Positions 1-13,461 of a DNA stretch of 64,000 nucleotides are shown one piece after another. The stretch is taken from positions 265,788-329,787 of the forward strand of contig CAVWOR010000004.1 in assembly GCA_963756635.1 (NCBI GenBank), given 5' to 3'. The translations under genes and the position numbers were made by a program. The DNA is from Vulcanimicrobiota bacterium (GTDB lineage Bacteria; Vulcanimicrobiota; Vulcanimicrobiia; Vulcanimicrobiales; Vulcanimicrobiaceae). Below the pieces are notes generated by a model. It was not told where the DNA came from. It was given only the letters and a program-made list of their open reading frames with translations, and did no database searches. The first letter of the stretch is position 1; each line of letters begins with the position of its first letter.

Positions 1-42
1 CAGCGCGGCGTACAGAGCGGAGAGGCGCGCTGCGAGTTTCAC
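1..42 (-). CDS. 5' end of a gene running off the window, possibly the sensor kinase partner of the upstream response regulator
   Basis: GTG at 42 with AGGAG upstream. Translates VKLAARLSALYAAL. Lies 15 nt downstream of an OmpR-type regulator on the same strand. Only 14 codons are visible. Confidence 0.3.
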   Translation of the reverse strand, partial: MKLAARLSALYAAL

Positions 43-57
43 GTTACCGACGCTCTC

Positions 58-744
58 CTATTGCGAGAGGCCGTAGCCAACGCCGCGAACCGTCCGAATG
101 AACGAGCCGGGCTCGCCGGGCCGATCCACCTTCCCACGAAGATACGAAATGTACGTTTCGACGATATTGGGACCGCCCTCAAAGTCGTGCCCCCAGACGA
201 TTTCGAGAAGATGGTCTTTGCTAAAGACGCGGCGCGGCTCGCGCATAAAAACCTCCAGCAGGTCAAATTCGCGCTGCGTGAACTCCAGCGGCTCTTTTCC
301 CCGCCAGGCCTCTCGGGTGGCCGGGTTGATGGAGATGTCGCGCCACCGCAGTACGTTCTCTTCGATGAGCTGCGGCCGGCGCAGTTTGGCCTGAAGGCGC
401 GCAATCAATTCTTCGAAGACGAACGGCTTGACGAGATAATCGTCGGCACCCGAGCTCAAAGAACGAACCTTATCTTCGGTACCTCCTTTGGCCGTGAGCA
501 TGAGAATGGGCGCCTGCGTGATCTCGCGCAGCCGCGGCAATAGCGTCACGCCATCGATCTTCGGCATCATGATGTCGAGCACGATGAGCTCCGGATCGAA
601 GATCTTGACAAGCTCGAGGGCAGCCAGGCCATCGGTTGCCGTTCGCACCTCGTAGCCTTCGCGGGAGAGTCCCAGTTCCAACATCTCCCGCACCATGCGG
701 TCGTCGTCTATAACCGCAACGCGGGCATTGGGCATGATATGCAT
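58..744 (-). CDS. OmpR/PhoB-family response regulator
   Basis: Receiver domain (VAVIDDD..LIVLDIMMPKIDG..LTAKG) plus winged-helix domain (LEFTQREFDLLEVF..TVRGVGY). The tracked ORF opens at 825. ATG at 744 or 735 (MHIMPNARVAV) fits the family N-terminus. Confidence 0.9.
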   Translation of the reverse strand: MHIMPNARVAVIDDDRMVREMLELGLSREGYEVRTATDGLAALELVKIFDPELIVLDIMMPKIDGVTLLPRLREITQAPILMLTAKGGTEDKVRSLSSGADDYLVKPFVFEELIARLQAKLRRPQLIEENVLRWRDISINPATREAWRGKEPLEFTQREFDLLEVFMREPRRVFSKDHLLEIVWGHDFEGGPNIVETYISYLRGKVDRPGEPGSFIRTVRGVGYGLSQ

Positions 745-797
745 TTCTACGCTGCATCGTGCGTTCTCACCCTTGGAGCCACCTGAACCTCCGCTCG

Positions 798-1253
798 CTA
801 GGCAGCGCGAATGGGCGAACCCCACCGTTTCAGGCGCTGGCCCGAAACGAGCGCCGCCTGACCAATCGCTTCGAGGGGATGAACGAGGAGGCTGACGCCT
901 CGTTCCGCGAGGAGCGCGATCGTCGCGTCGTCAGGAAGCCAATGAGCGAAGATATGGACCTCGTGCGCCCCCGTCGCCTCGGCGAGCGTCGCAATGACAC
1001 CGGCGAGGTCGCACTGACGCCGCGCCAGGAGCCGGCCAACTACCTCGGCTTGGAATCGACTTCCGCTCCAGCCGGCCGCTACAATGAGGATGCGCGAGAG
1101 CTCGCCGAGTTGCGTAGCCTCGAAATCCACCAAGGCCGCCTCGACACGCCCCGCCAGCCCAGGGCCGGTCTGCGCATGGAGAGTCGCGCCGGTAATCGAA
1201 GCCGTCGGCCCCGCCGTCAGAAGCGCCCCCGCCCCTATAAAGTACTCGTCCAT
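798..1253 (-). CDS. hypothetical protein
   Basis: 165-aa tracked ORF. ATG at 1253 (MDEYFIGAG..) is the first ATG. No family recognised by eye. Confidence 0.45.
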   Translation of the reverse strand: MDEYFIGAGALLTAGPTASITGATLHAQTGPGLAGRVEAALVDFEATQLGELSRILIVAAGWSGSRFQAEVVGRLLARRQCDLAGVIATLAEATGAHEVHIFAHWLPDDATIALLAERGVSLLVHPLEAIGQAALVSGQRLKRWGSPIRAA

Positions 1254-1325
1254 GCCACGATTCTGGCATGGACGAGTGCCAACTGGGTGGCGCACACGTT
1301 ACGGCGCCACCAAAACCGCCGGCTC

Positions 1326-1388
1326 TTAGAACGGGTCAGGCGGCGTAATAGCCAAACCGATTATCAGCGCGATGAACAAACTAAGCAT
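1326..1388 (-). CDS. candidate 20-aa hydrophobic micropeptide
   Basis: ATG at 1388 lies 5 nt after GGGGAGGTG. Translates MLSLFIALIIGLAITPPDPF, stop TAA. Sits between the LuxR gene and the next ORF and is below the ORF-track cutoff. Confidence 0.25.
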   Translation of the reverse strand: MLSLFIALIIGLAITPPDPF

Positions 1389-1480
1389 GCGGACACCTCC
1401 CCACACAGGCAAAAGAGATCATGTCATGTACGAACGTTATTGCGATAAATCCTGTGAGACTAGGGCCGGTAGCCTCGCAC

Positions 1481-4111
1481 CTAGATCAGGCCGCGCCGCC
1501 GAGCTGCCGTAATTGCCTCTGATCGCCCGCGGCATTCAAGCTTCTGAATAGCATTCGCGATATGCACTCTCACGGTATGTACGCTTCGCTTCGTTTCGAC
1601 AGCAATCTCTTTCGGAACCAAACCTTCTGCCAGCCTTCTAAGCACGTCACGTTCAGACGTCGTCAGGTCTGCGCGGCGTTTGTTCAAATCCTCACGCGTG
1701 CGTAACAGTCGACACGCAGCAGAAAGTAGCTGAGCAATGTCACCATATCCGAGCGCCGCTAGCCCTTCGATCAATTCCATTGCCTCCAGCCACTCAGCTT
1801 GGTCCTGGCTCCGCAGAGCGCGCAACATGCATCTCGCAATCGCGACCGTCGTCTTTTCCACCACGTCGTCGATGGCCAGTCGTCTCAAAATGCGGTCCGC
1901 GTTCGTAGAGCGCCCATTCACGTAGTCTGCAAGGGCGCAAAAGGCCTGGCATATTGTTGTTGAGCGCGTGTCGAAACGACCCGAAATTCTTAACGGCCTC
2001 AAAATCGAAAATACGTCATCAACTTTCTTAATTGAATTGTCCGGATGGCCGTCTAATGCCAAGAAGAGCGCGTACTGTGCACCGTAACACGCCCGATCGA
2101 CGCCGAAAGTTAAGTCGTTCCAACACATCGACAGCAAGGAGTGCGCCTCACGGAAGTCACCATGCCAAGCGGATCGCACGGCTTTAAAAAGCGTAACATA
2201 TCTGCTGGCCAGCGCATCTGTCGGGAGTTTTGCTAGTCGCCGTTCAATCGCAAGACTTTCTTCTGCATTGCCTAGGCGCATCTTCGCACTTAGAAGCTGC
2301 AGTAGTGCTGTTTGCAGCGCGAACGTATCGCCTGCCTTAGTCGCCGCGTCAGCTGCGCACTCTGCGTACCGCCGCTGAGACTCGACGTCGTCTTCCTCAT
2401 GCAATGACAAATTGGACAGAACGGCATACGTCCGGCTGGCTAGGCTGTAGAAATGGAGCTCGGAAGCTAGCTCACTGGATTGGGTGAGCCGCTCGAACGA
2501 CCGCCTTACCTCCCCGATGTGTCGGTTCACGATTCCAAGGTGGTGCAGGATCCTTGCGCGGGCGACATCGGAGTCGACTTCGGGCAAGAGCTGCTCTATA
2601 GTGGCGGTTGCATCGTCCAACCTGGAAGAATCGCCGGATATTGCGCGTCGTGCTGCTATTAAGGACAAAGCCTCGGCTCTGAATGCCGGGCGCTGCTCTA
2701 CATCGGTTGCCACGGCACTAAGTACCTTGGATACATCTCGGCCCTGGTTTCCGATAAGCGATGCGAGGCGAAGACTCATCATCGCCACGAGATCGCGGTC
2801 GCCGGAAGCTCGAGCCAACGCGCGACGCAGCAAGGATTCGGCTCTCGCGAATTTGCCCGCTATTGCTTGGAGGGCACCCTGAAGGCCCAGCACGACCGCA
2901 TTTCCGCGGCGCGTTTTCTCGTCGAGCGCCTCAATCGCTCGTGCCACCACGTCGCCGCGCGCCCGCTCGAGTAGGTCGAAGCCGTGACGATCGAGCAGGC
3001 GAAGCACATCGGACGGCGACGCAGCGGCAACGTACGCGCCGACCGCGTGCTCGACGTCGCCGCTTACCTCGAGCGCACGAGCGGCTCGCTCCTGAACGCT
3101 CCGCTGGAAACGATTACCAGCAAGCGCGATCTGATGGCGCATAAACTCACGAAACAGGTCGTGGCACTGATAGATGCCCGGAGACTCTTCATGAATGAAT
3201 GCCGTCCTCTCGCGGAGTCGTTCGATGATTGTAAAAGCGCGATCGAATCCTGCTGCTTCGAGTACACGCACATCGATGACCGGAAGTCCTACCGCAACCT
3301 CCAACAAGCTGCGCTCGTCTTCGTGAAGTCCGGCGTAGACCTGCTCCGCGAGCAGCCGGTAGATCATTTCCCGTGTGATCGCTGAAACGTTTCGCAGCTC
3401 CGAGGAGCGCGTCGACGTGCGCAGGGCGAAGCTCATCGCAGCCGGCCACCCTTCCGTTAGGGCAAGCAGATCGCCGAGCTCGTCATCGCGTATCGACAGG
3501 CCCAGGCTCTCGGCAGCTTCGCGCGCTTCGCCGAACGTAAATCGCAGGTCGTGCTCATCGACCGGAAGATCCGCGTCACGATAAGCCTGCCATGTCCCGA
3601 CCGGAAGCCCCGTCGTGGAACGTGAAGCGAGTATCCAACGGATTTTCCCTTTCGCTCCCTCGATCAACGAACTGACGAATTGCGCGACTTCTGGATCGCT
3701 CTCGGCAACGTGCAGATCGTCGATCGCTATAATGCCGGAAAACGATTCCAGATGCGCGTGCATCCAGCGGGCGAGCTCACTTCCCCGCTTCGGAGAAGAC
3801 GTATTGCGCTCGTATGCTCCAGCCAGCGAGGTGATGGCGTGCGGTGCGACCTGATGCAGCGCTTGCGTGAGCCCACGCAGGAACCCAAGCAACGTTACGT
3901 GCTCGGCGCGCAGTGCGAAGCGCACGTTGGGCTCGACGAGCGTGCCGAGATATTGGCGAAGCACGACCGACTTGCCGTAACCTGCTGGAGCGATCAGGAG
4001 CGCGATCGGACACGTTGCCGACGCAGCCAACCGCTCGACGAGGCGCGGCCGCTCGATCAGAACAGACGCACCAACTTCGCTGCGATCTTCGCTTGTGAGC
4101 ACCCGGACCAT
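1481..4111 (-). CDS. LuxR-family transcriptional regulator with N-terminal STAND/AAA NTPase (MalT/LAL-like)
   Basis: P-loop LLIAPAGYGKSVVL near the N-terminus, long helical repeat region, C-terminal LuxR HTH (LTTSERDVLRRLAEGLVPKEIA..TVRVHIANAIQKL). 876 aa. Confidence 0.85.
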   Translation of the reverse strand: MVRVLTSEDRSEVGASVLIERPRLVERLAASATCPIALLIAPAGYGKSVVLRQYLGTLVEPNVRFALRAEHVTLLGFLRGLTQALHQVAPHAITSLAGAYERNTSSPKRGSELARWMHAHLESFSGIIAIDDLHVAESDPEVAQFVSSLIEGAKGKIRWILASRSTTGLPVGTWQAYRDADLPVDEHDLRFTFGEAREAAESLGLSIRDDELGDLLALTEGWPAAMSFALRTSTRSSELRNVSAITREMIYRLLAEQVYAGLHEDERSLLEVAVGLPVIDVRVLEAAGFDRAFTIIERLRERTAFIHEESPGIYQCHDLFREFMRHQIALAGNRFQRSVQERAARALEVSGDVEHAVGAYVAAASPSDVLRLLDRHGFDLLERARGDVVARAIEALDEKTRRGNAVVLGLQGALQAIAGKFARAESLLRRALARASGDRDLVAMMSLRLASLIGNQGRDVSKVLSAVATDVEQRPAFRAEALSLIAARRAISGDSSRLDDATATIEQLLPEVDSDVARARILHHLGIVNRHIGEVRRSFERLTQSSELASELHFYSLASRTYAVLSNLSLHEEDDVESQRRYAECAADAATKAGDTFALQTALLQLLSAKMRLGNAEESLAIERRLAKLPTDALASRYVTLFKAVRSAWHGDFREAHSLLSMCWNDLTFGVDRACYGAQYALFLALDGHPDNSIKKVDDVFSILRPLRISGRFDTRSTTICQAFCALADYVNGRSTNADRILRRLAIDDVVEKTTVAIARCMLRALRSQDQAEWLEAMELIEGLAALGYGDIAQLLSAACRLLRTREDLNKRRADLTTSERDVLRRLAEGLVPKEIAVETKRSVHTVRVHIANAIQKLECRGRSEAITAARRRGLI

Positions 4112-4122
4112 CGCCCTTCGTT

Positions 4123-4749
4123 CTAAGGTTGCGTCGTCGTCGCCTGTTCTCGATATGCTCCCGGATTCGGAACGTTGCCTTTACCGATACGTTCGCTCAA
4201 GAAGTACGCCAAGAGAGATCCTTCCCAGCGAAGGCGCCGCGCAAGCCACGCGCGTTGCGCCGGACACGTAATCTCCCCCAGCTCGAGCACTAGGCTTCCG
4301 TCGCGCGCATCAACTTGCCGGTACGCGTAGTACTCACGCAAACCAACTGAAAAATTATCGGGCTGAAATCCAAACGGCCAATACCGTCCGTACAACGCGT
4401 GCCACGCCGCTGCTGCCGCTGCATCGCGTTTGGACGAATAGCCGACCGACGCACGGCTGCGGCAGGGCGGATCCGAGCCATCGAAGTGAAGGAAGACCGC
4501 CGCGTCGACCCGATAGTTTCCTGCGAAATCTGCCGGAAGCCGCGCGACCGTCAGCCCATGCGCGCGGAGAACATTCGTCGCCGCATCGGCAACGATGGGC
4601 GTCGACGCGCGCTCCCCCGAAGCTCCGAGATTACAGCGATGCTGCGGAAAACGCGCGCAGCTCGCGGGACGCCCTTCGTGACCAGCCGAGATCAGGACGT
4701 CGTATGTGAGCACCCAAAATGCGAAGACAACGCCGAGCACGCTCACCAA
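4123..4749 (-). CDS. N-acetylmuramoyl-L-alanine amidase-like (Amidase_3 fold) membrane-anchored protein
   Basis: N-terminal TM helix. Motif order matches Amidase_3 by eye: AGHEG .. GERASTP .. AAVFLHFDGS .. LVLELGEITCP. Confidence 0.5.
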   Translation of the reverse strand: MVSVLGVVFAFWVLTYDVLISAGHEGRPASCARFPQHRCNLGASGERASTPIVADAATNVLRAHGLTVARLPADFAGNYRVDAAVFLHFDGSDPPCRSRASVGYSSKRDAAAAAAWHALYGRYWPFGFQPDNFSVGLREYYAYRQVDARDGSLVLELGEITCPAQRAWLARRLRWEGSLLAYFLSERIGKGNVPNPGAYREQATTTQP

Positions 4750-5561
4750 CCGCCCGAAGCGCCGCCACCCCCGAAGCCGCCGCCCCCAGCAGAGAAGCCG
4801 CCGTCACCGCCGCTCCAACCGCCTCCCCACGAAGAGCCAACCCCACCCGCGTAACCTCCACCCCAAAACCCCCAGCGTCGCATGTCCCTCCGTGCGGCTG
4901 GTGAGCCTTCGCGCATCACGAGGTATCCGTAACGGATGCCTCCGATAATCCGCATCGCGATAATGAAGATGACGAACAAGACAATTAGGGAGAGCACCAC
5001 GACCGCAGTGATGCTGCCGCCATCGGCCGAGCTCTGCTGCGGTTCGGGCGGAGGCGTAACGCCTTTGTACGAGGGTGAGATCGTGGTGAGCATTGCCGCG
5101 ACTCCGCTGGCGACCGCGCCGTCGACATCGCCGGCGCGCATCCGTGGACGGATTTCGTTTTGAATGATGCGGTACGAGTCGGCGTCGGTCAGCTTGCTCT
5201 CCAAGCCATATCCAACCTCGATGCGAACCTTGCGGTCTTGCATGAACATGAACAGCACGGCGCCGTCGTCGTGTCCCCGCCGCCCGATCTTCCAATGGTC
5301 TGCGGTTTCGCCGGTCCAGGTCTCCAAAGGAACGTCGCCGGTCGTCTGACCGATCCAAACCACGATCTGATGCCCCGTCGAGGTCTCGTATGCTTGAAGC
5401 TCGTTCTCGAGCGAGGTGCGCGTGGCGTTCGAAAGTGCGCCTGCGTTATCGGTGACGCGGTGAACGGGCGTCGGTGGTACGTTGAAATCCGCAGAGATCG
5501 CCGGAATCGCCCACGCGCACGCGAGCAGTACGCCTGCAGCCAGAGCTATGAGATTCTTCAC
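4743..5561 (-). CDS. TPM-domain protein (YgcG-like) with C-terminal TM helix and Gly-rich tail
   Basis: Signal peptide, TPM core (VTDNAGALS..HQIVVW..DDGAVLFMFMQDRKVRIEVGYGLE), TM segment, then a GGGxGG-rich tail. Lies downstream of LemA as in the conserved LemA-TPM cluster. Confidence 0.8.
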   Translation of the reverse strand: MKNLIALAAGVLLACAWAIPAISADFNVPPTPVHRVTDNAGALSNATRTSLENELQAYETSTGHQIVVWIGQTTGDVPLETWTGETADHWKIGRRGHDDGAVLFMFMQDRKVRIEVGYGLESKLTDADSYRIIQNEIRPRMRAGDVDGAVASGVAAMLTTISPSYKGVTPPPEPQQSSADGGSITAVVVLSLIVLFVIFIIAMRIIGGIRYGYLVMREGSPAARRDMRRWGFWGGGYAGGVGSSWGGGWSGGDGGFSAGGGGFGGGGASGGW

Positions 5562-5950
5562 CGCGTTGGATCCCCGGCCTGGTCGGCAAAATGCGAATGC
5601 AGCGCCTCACCTAGCCGCTCGACTGCGTGCTGAATTCCCTCAAAAATGGCCCCCCGCGCAAAATAGGGCTGGCTCTGCGTAATGACGTCGTTCCAAAAGT
5701 GGTCGCCGACCCGTTCGTGCAGCGCACGATCGCCGACGACGGCGAACCGCCGCGCCTTCGGTGCGACCAGAATCAACGCGGCGTTGCCGCCCTCGTGCCG
5801 GTGCAAGCCCACGTGCCCAAACTCCCCGATTGCGCGCGAGAACGCCTCGACGCTCGCATCCGGAATAATCCGAACAGCGATGCGGCCGGTCGTGCCATCT
5901 TCGGCGTCGGCAATGGCGCGAGCGATGGCGGCGCGCTGTCTTCGTTTCAC
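5558..5950 (-). CDS. TPM-domain protein (TLP18.3/Psb32-like), cytoplasmic type
   Basis: 130 aa (GRIAVRIIP..ALILVAPKARRFAVVGDRALHE). 4-nt overlaps with both neighbours. Confidence 0.7.
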   Translation of the reverse strand: MKRRQRAAIARAIADAEDGTTGRIAVRIIPDASVEAFSRAIGEFGHVGLHRHEGGNAALILVAPKARRFAVVGDRALHERVGDHFWNDVITQSQPYFARGAIFEGIQHAVERLGEALHSHFADQAGDPTR

Positions 5951-6564
5951 GGACTAAAATTTACGGCTGGCGGTTTTTCGGCACCGGGCTGCGATTGAAA
6001 GTATGGTTTTTCATTGAAGCGACTGCCAAACATCCCGGCGATGAAGACCGTGGGAATCGTATCGCGCTTGACGTTAAACGCGCGAGCGGCGTCGTTATAC
6101 TTTCTGCGCTCGAACGCGATACGATTTTCGGTACCCTCCAACTGAGCCTGAAGCGTTTGGAAGTTTTCGGTCGCTCTCAGTTGCGGATAGTTTTCCACGA
6201 CCGCGAGCAGCCGCGAGAGTGCTGTGCCCAACTGATCTTGCGCTGCCGCGTATTTGGCGAAATCCTGCGGGTTGTTGACGGCATTTTGGACGACTTGGGG
6301 CGAGATCTGTCCCACGCTGGCGCGCGCCTTGGCTACGTCAATGTACGTGCTTGACTCAAAGTTTGCGGCCCCCTTGACCGTCGCGACGAGATTGGGAATC
6401 AGATCGGCACGGCGCTGGTAGACATTCTGCACCTGGCCCCACTGCGCGTCGACGGCCTGACCGAGCGTTACCAGCGAATTGTACGCTCCCGCGACAAACA
6501 GGGCGACGACGACCACGATCCCGATGATCACGACCGGTCCGACGTACGAAGGACGTTGTTGCAT
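5947..6564 (-). CDS. lemA: LemA family protein
   Basis: N-terminal TM helix followed by NSLVTLGQAVDAQWGQVQNVYQRRADLIPNLV..ENYPQLRATENF..RIAFERRKYNDAARAFN. ATG at 6564 (MQQRPSY) is preferred; ATG 6588 is the alternative. Confidence 0.85.
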   Translation of the reverse strand: MQQRPSYVGPVVIIGIVVVVALFVAGAYNSLVTLGQAVDAQWGQVQNVYQRRADLIPNLVATVKGAANFESSTYIDVAKARASVGQISPQVVQNAVNNPQDFAKYAAAQDQLGTALSRLLAVVENYPQLRATENFQTLQAQLEGTENRIAFERRKYNDAARAFNVKRDTIPTVFIAGMFGSRFNEKPYFQSQPGAEKPPAVNFSP

Positions 6565-6586
6565 AGCGTGGCGTAAATGCGCCACC

Positions 6587-6796
6587 ATGCGGCTTGCCCC
6601 TCCCTCTGGTGCCCTTTGGCTGCGGATATTCCTGGCCGCGATACCAGTCGCGGCGCTGAGTGTCGCGGTGCCGTTGGTCAATCGCGTCGAGCCGCGGATC
6701 CTCGGCATGCCTTTTCTTCTCTGCTGGATCGTCGCATGGGTTCTCTCAACGCCGGCTTTCCTATGGATGATCGGGCGCCTGGAGCGGCACTGGTGA
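6587..6796 (+). CDS. small membrane protein of the type found upstream of solute:sodium symporters (DUF3311-like)
   Basis: ATG 6587 (MRLAPPSGALWLRIFLAAIP..FLLCWIVAWVL), two hydrophobic helices. Its TGA overlaps the GTG of the symporter (GTGA). Confidence 0.6.
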   Translation: MRLAPPSGALWLRIFLAAIPVAALSVAVPLVNRVEPRILGMPFLLCWIVAWVLSTPAFLWMIGRLERHW

Positions 6797-8241
6797 TCTC
6801 GCCTGCCACCACAGCGCTCGCGGTCGTCGCGATCGTCGTGCTCGGAACGATCGTTTTTGCACTACTTGCGGTGCGCCGCGTCAAAATGGACCCGCAGCAG
6901 TATATCGTCGGCGGTCGCTCTTTTGGAACGATCTTTCTTTGGGTGCTGCTCGCGGGTGAAATCTATACCACTTTCACGTTCTTGGGCATTGCCGGAATGT
7001 CGTATTCTCAGGGCGCACCGGCATTCTACATTATGGCCTACGGGACGTGCGCGTACGTAATTGCCTACTTCCTCACGCCCGCGATCTGGCGAGTCGGTAA
7101 AGAGCATAACCTGCTCACGGGGCCCGATTTTTTCGAAAAGCGTTACGACAGTCGCGCTTTGGGCGTCGGTACCGCACTCCTGCAGTTCGTCATGATCGTA
7201 CCGTACGTTTCGTTACAGCTCAGCGGCCTGCAGATTCTTCTTCGTATTGCCGGCTACGGCGCCTACGACGCTACCGCAGCAGTCGCCATTGGCTTTATTA
7301 TACTCGCGCTCTTCGTCTTTAGCGCCGGGTTACGAGGAACGGCGTGGGCCAGTGTCGTCAAAGATATCTTTGTGCTGGGAGCCGTGATTTTCGCGGGGAT
7401 CGCCATTCCGATACGCTTCTTCGGTTCCCCGAGCGGGCTGTTCGACCGGCTGGTCGAGTTGCATCCGCAATTCCTGGTGCTCCCTCCCGGGAGCGCCTTT
7501 CATGGAACGACCTGGTTTATTTCAACCGTGCTCTTATCGGCTATCGGGTTCTTCATGGGTCCCCAGTCGTTCAACGCGATTTTTAGCGCCCGCAGCGGCG
7601 ACACGCTGCGACGCAACGCAATGCTTTTGCCGTTCTATCAATGCTTCTTGAGCTTGATGCTTTTCGCCGGCCTTTCGGCCGCCTTGATTGCGCCGGGGTT
7701 AAAGGGAACTGCCGTCGATCAATCATTTCTGCTGGTCGTTCAGCACTACTACCCCTCGTGGCTTCTGGGATTGATTTGCGCCGCGGGTGCGCTCGCAGCA
7801 CTCGTTCCGGGTTCCGCGCTGCTTCTGGGCGGCGCAAGCGTGATCACTAAAAACGTCGCCGGCGACGCATTGGGCATCGCGACGAGCGACAAGGCGCGCA
7901 CGATGCTCACTCGCGTGCTCGTCATCGTCGTCGCAGTGCTTGCGCTCGGCGTGTGGTTAATCGCGAGACGCACGGTCGTTGAGCTGCTTTTACTCTACTA
8001 TAACGGGATTGCTCAGTTTGCGCCGGGCGTCATCGCAACGTTTATTTGGCGGCGCGTAACTGCGTGGGGCGTGGGCGCCGGAATCGCCGCCGGATTAGCC
8101 GTTGCGGTTCCCCTCGCCACGTTGAACATCACGCCGCTGGGGATCAACGCCGGCTTTGTCGGCCTCGCCGCCAACGTCGCCGTCATGGTGCTTCTCTCCC
8201 TCGTAACGCCGCGGCCTCACGATTCGGGCGCCGATCTATGA
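6793..8241 (+). CDS. sodium:solute symporter family transporter
   Basis: Polytopic membrane protein with the typical SSS N-terminus (YIVGGRSFGTIFLWVLLAGEIYTTFTFLGIAG). GTG at 6793 is in frame and overlaps the upstream stop. Confidence 0.85.
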   Translation: MISPATTALAVVAIVVLGTIVFALLAVRRVKMDPQQYIVGGRSFGTIFLWVLLAGEIYTTFTFLGIAGMSYSQGAPAFYIMAYGTCAYVIAYFLTPAIWRVGKEHNLLTGPDFFEKRYDSRALGVGTALLQFVMIVPYVSLQLSGLQILLRIAGYGAYDATAAVAIGFIILALFVFSAGLRGTAWASVVKDIFVLGAVIFAGIAIPIRFFGSPSGLFDRLVELHPQFLVLPPGSAFHGTTWFISTVLLSAIGFFMGPQSFNAIFSARSGDTLRRNAMLLPFYQCFLSLMLFAGLSAALIAPGLKGTAVDQSFLLVVQHYYPSWLLGLICAAGALAALVPGSALLLGGASVITKNVAGDALGIATSDKARTMLTRVLVIVVAVLALGVWLIARRTVVELLLLYYNGIAQFAPGVIATFIWRRVTAWGVGAGIAAGLAVAVPLATLNITPLGINAGFVGLAANVAVMVLLSLVTPRPHDSGADL

Positions 8242-9132
8242 ATGATGGGCGTTGAAGAATTGCCAGAGCGTCGTGGTCGCATTCATCGCCGTGCTGGGTT
8301 GATCGAGCTGCAACCAGACGCGCGCGAGTGCTGGAGGAGGCACGGCGCCGGGCCATTGATGCCCCGCGCCGGCGATCGTTATCAGCTCCACCGCGCGACC
8401 GTGGATGCACTGCGCCAGCGATTCGGTCACGCTGCCCGAAGCGCGATCGACCGGCGCAGAACATCCGTCGATCTCGCGCCAGCGCGCAATGCTCGCCGGC
8501 ACCGAAGAACGGTTGTCATGTGTGAATCCCTTCCCTACGCCGCCCCCGAACGGAACGTTTTGATCGGCGAGCCCGTGAATAGCCAGCACCGACGTGGGCT
8601 TTGACTGTTTGCACGGTACGGCGAGCGTTCCGGCGACTGGACCGATGGCCGCGATGGCGAGCGGCGCGTCACAAGCCATCCGATATGCCATCATCGCGCC
8701 GTTCGAGATGCCCGTGACGTAGATGCGGCTCGGATCGAGGTTTTCATCGCGAACGACGCGGTCGATGAGCGCGCTGAGAAATCCGACGTCGTCGATGTTG
8801 CGCCGTTGCGGTGCGCCGCAGCACGTCCCCGCGTTCCAAGCACGTTCGAAGCCGTCCGGATAGAGAACCACGAAGCCGAAGCGAGTTGCGGCCTCATCCC
8901 AATGATAAGCCCGTTCGGCTCCCAGCCCGGTTCCAAAGCCGCCGTGGAGCATCACGACGAGCGGAACGCGCGCGCCGCTTGCAAGCGACTCGGGCCTGAA
9001 AACACGATACGTGCGCGACAGGCCACCAAACTCAACCGTCGCGGCGCGAGCAACGTCCTGCGCGACGGCTCGCGGCGCGACGAAAGACCCGCCGATGAGC
9101 CCGACGATTGCCAGTAGGGCAGGCCCCTTCAT
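8236..9132 (-). CDS. secreted esterase, PHB-depolymerase/LpqC family
   Basis: Signal peptide. VPLVVMLHGG..YPDG..WNAGTCCG..IDDVGF..IYVTGISNGAMM (GxSxG nucleophile elbow). ATG lies 4 nt after the rpoC stop. Confidence 0.75.
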   Translation of the reverse strand: MKGPALLAIVGLIGGSFVAPRAVAQDVARAATVEFGGLSRTYRVFRPESLASGARVPLVVMLHGGFGTGLGAERAYHWDEAATRFGFVVLYPDGFERAWNAGTCCGAPQRRNIDDVGFLSALIDRVVRDENLDPSRIYVTGISNGAMMAYRMACDAPLAIAAIGPVAGTLAVPCKQSKPTSVLAIHGLADQNVPFGGGVGKGFTHDNRSSVPASIARWREIDGCSAPVDRASGSVTESLAQCIHGRAVELITIAGAGHQWPGAVPPPALARVWLQLDQPSTAMNATTTLWQFFNAHHS

Positions 9133-9136
9133 GGCC

Positions 9137-12952
<3,816 letters not shown>

Positions 12953-13039
12953 CGCGGCCGCCGCTTACGCAGGGAGATCCCGCTCACGTCGTCACGTAAG
13001 GGCTCCCACCGTCGCCGCTGGCACGGGGCACAGACGGTC

Positions 13040-13069
13040 AGTATATCATGGCCCCTAGCGAGGGTTCAA
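13040..13069 (-). promoter_or_regulatory. sigma70-like promoter candidate for rpoC
   Basis: On the minus strand TTGAAC (13069-13064), 18-nt spacer, TATACT (13045-13040). About 90 nt upstream of the rpoC start. Confidence 0.45.
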
Positions 13070-13140
13070 GCCGGAAGGGCGACGCGGTCCGCAGTCGTCG
13101 CCCCTCGCGAACGCGACCAGCCCGAAAGGCTCTGCTTAGG

Positions 13141-13437
13141 CTACTTCTTCCTCGAGGACCGTTTGGGTACTTTGCCGCCGGAGCGGCGCGCTTCGCTGAG
13201 GCCGACGGCAATGGCTTGCTTGCGACTCGTCACTTTCTTCCCGGACCGGCCGGACTTCAGTTCGCCGCGTTTCATCTCGTGCATAGCGCGTTTGACTTTC
13301 TTGCCGGCCTTTGGACCGTACTTTCGGCCGGATTTCTTGCGCGAGCCGGTCTTCTTGCGCGAGCCGCTTTTCTTGCGCGACGTGCTCTTACGTGGCGAGC
13401 TCTTCTTTCGGGTCGCCGATTTCTTTCGCGCAGCCAT
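13141..13437 (-). CDS. lysine/arginine-rich small basic protein with a conserved KQAIA(V/I)GLSEAR C-terminal module (I believe this is the DUF6496 family)
   Basis: AAGGAGA precedes the ATG at 13437. The N-terminal half is (S/T)RKK(S/T)G repeats encoded by ~18-nt tandem repeats. The C-terminus reads MHEMKRGELKSGRSGKKVTSRKQAIAVGLSEARRSG. Confidence 0.65.
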   Translation of the reverse strand: MAARKKSATRKKSSPRKSTSRKKSGSRKKTGSRKKSGRKYGPKAGKKVKRAMHEMKRGELKSGRSGKKVTSRKQAIAVGLSEARRSGGKVPKRSSRKK

Positions 13438-13461
13438 CAGGCCATTCTCCTTTCCCGGCCG

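Noticed and set aside
759-1448. 229-aa plus-strand ORF overlapping the 165-aa minus-strand ORF
   Set aside because: It is extremely Arg-rich and starts inside the response regulator gene on the opposite strand, so it is judged a shadow ORF. Neither strand has a recognisable family, so the minus-strand call itself carries only moderate confidence.
4743-4870. Gly-rich repeat (GGGWSGGDGGFSAGGGGFGGGG) and the mirror Pro-rich plus-strand ORF, considered as a possible simple-sequence repeat or separate gene
   Set aside because: It is the characteristic Gly-rich C-terminal tail of YgcG-type TPM proteins, in frame with the gene.
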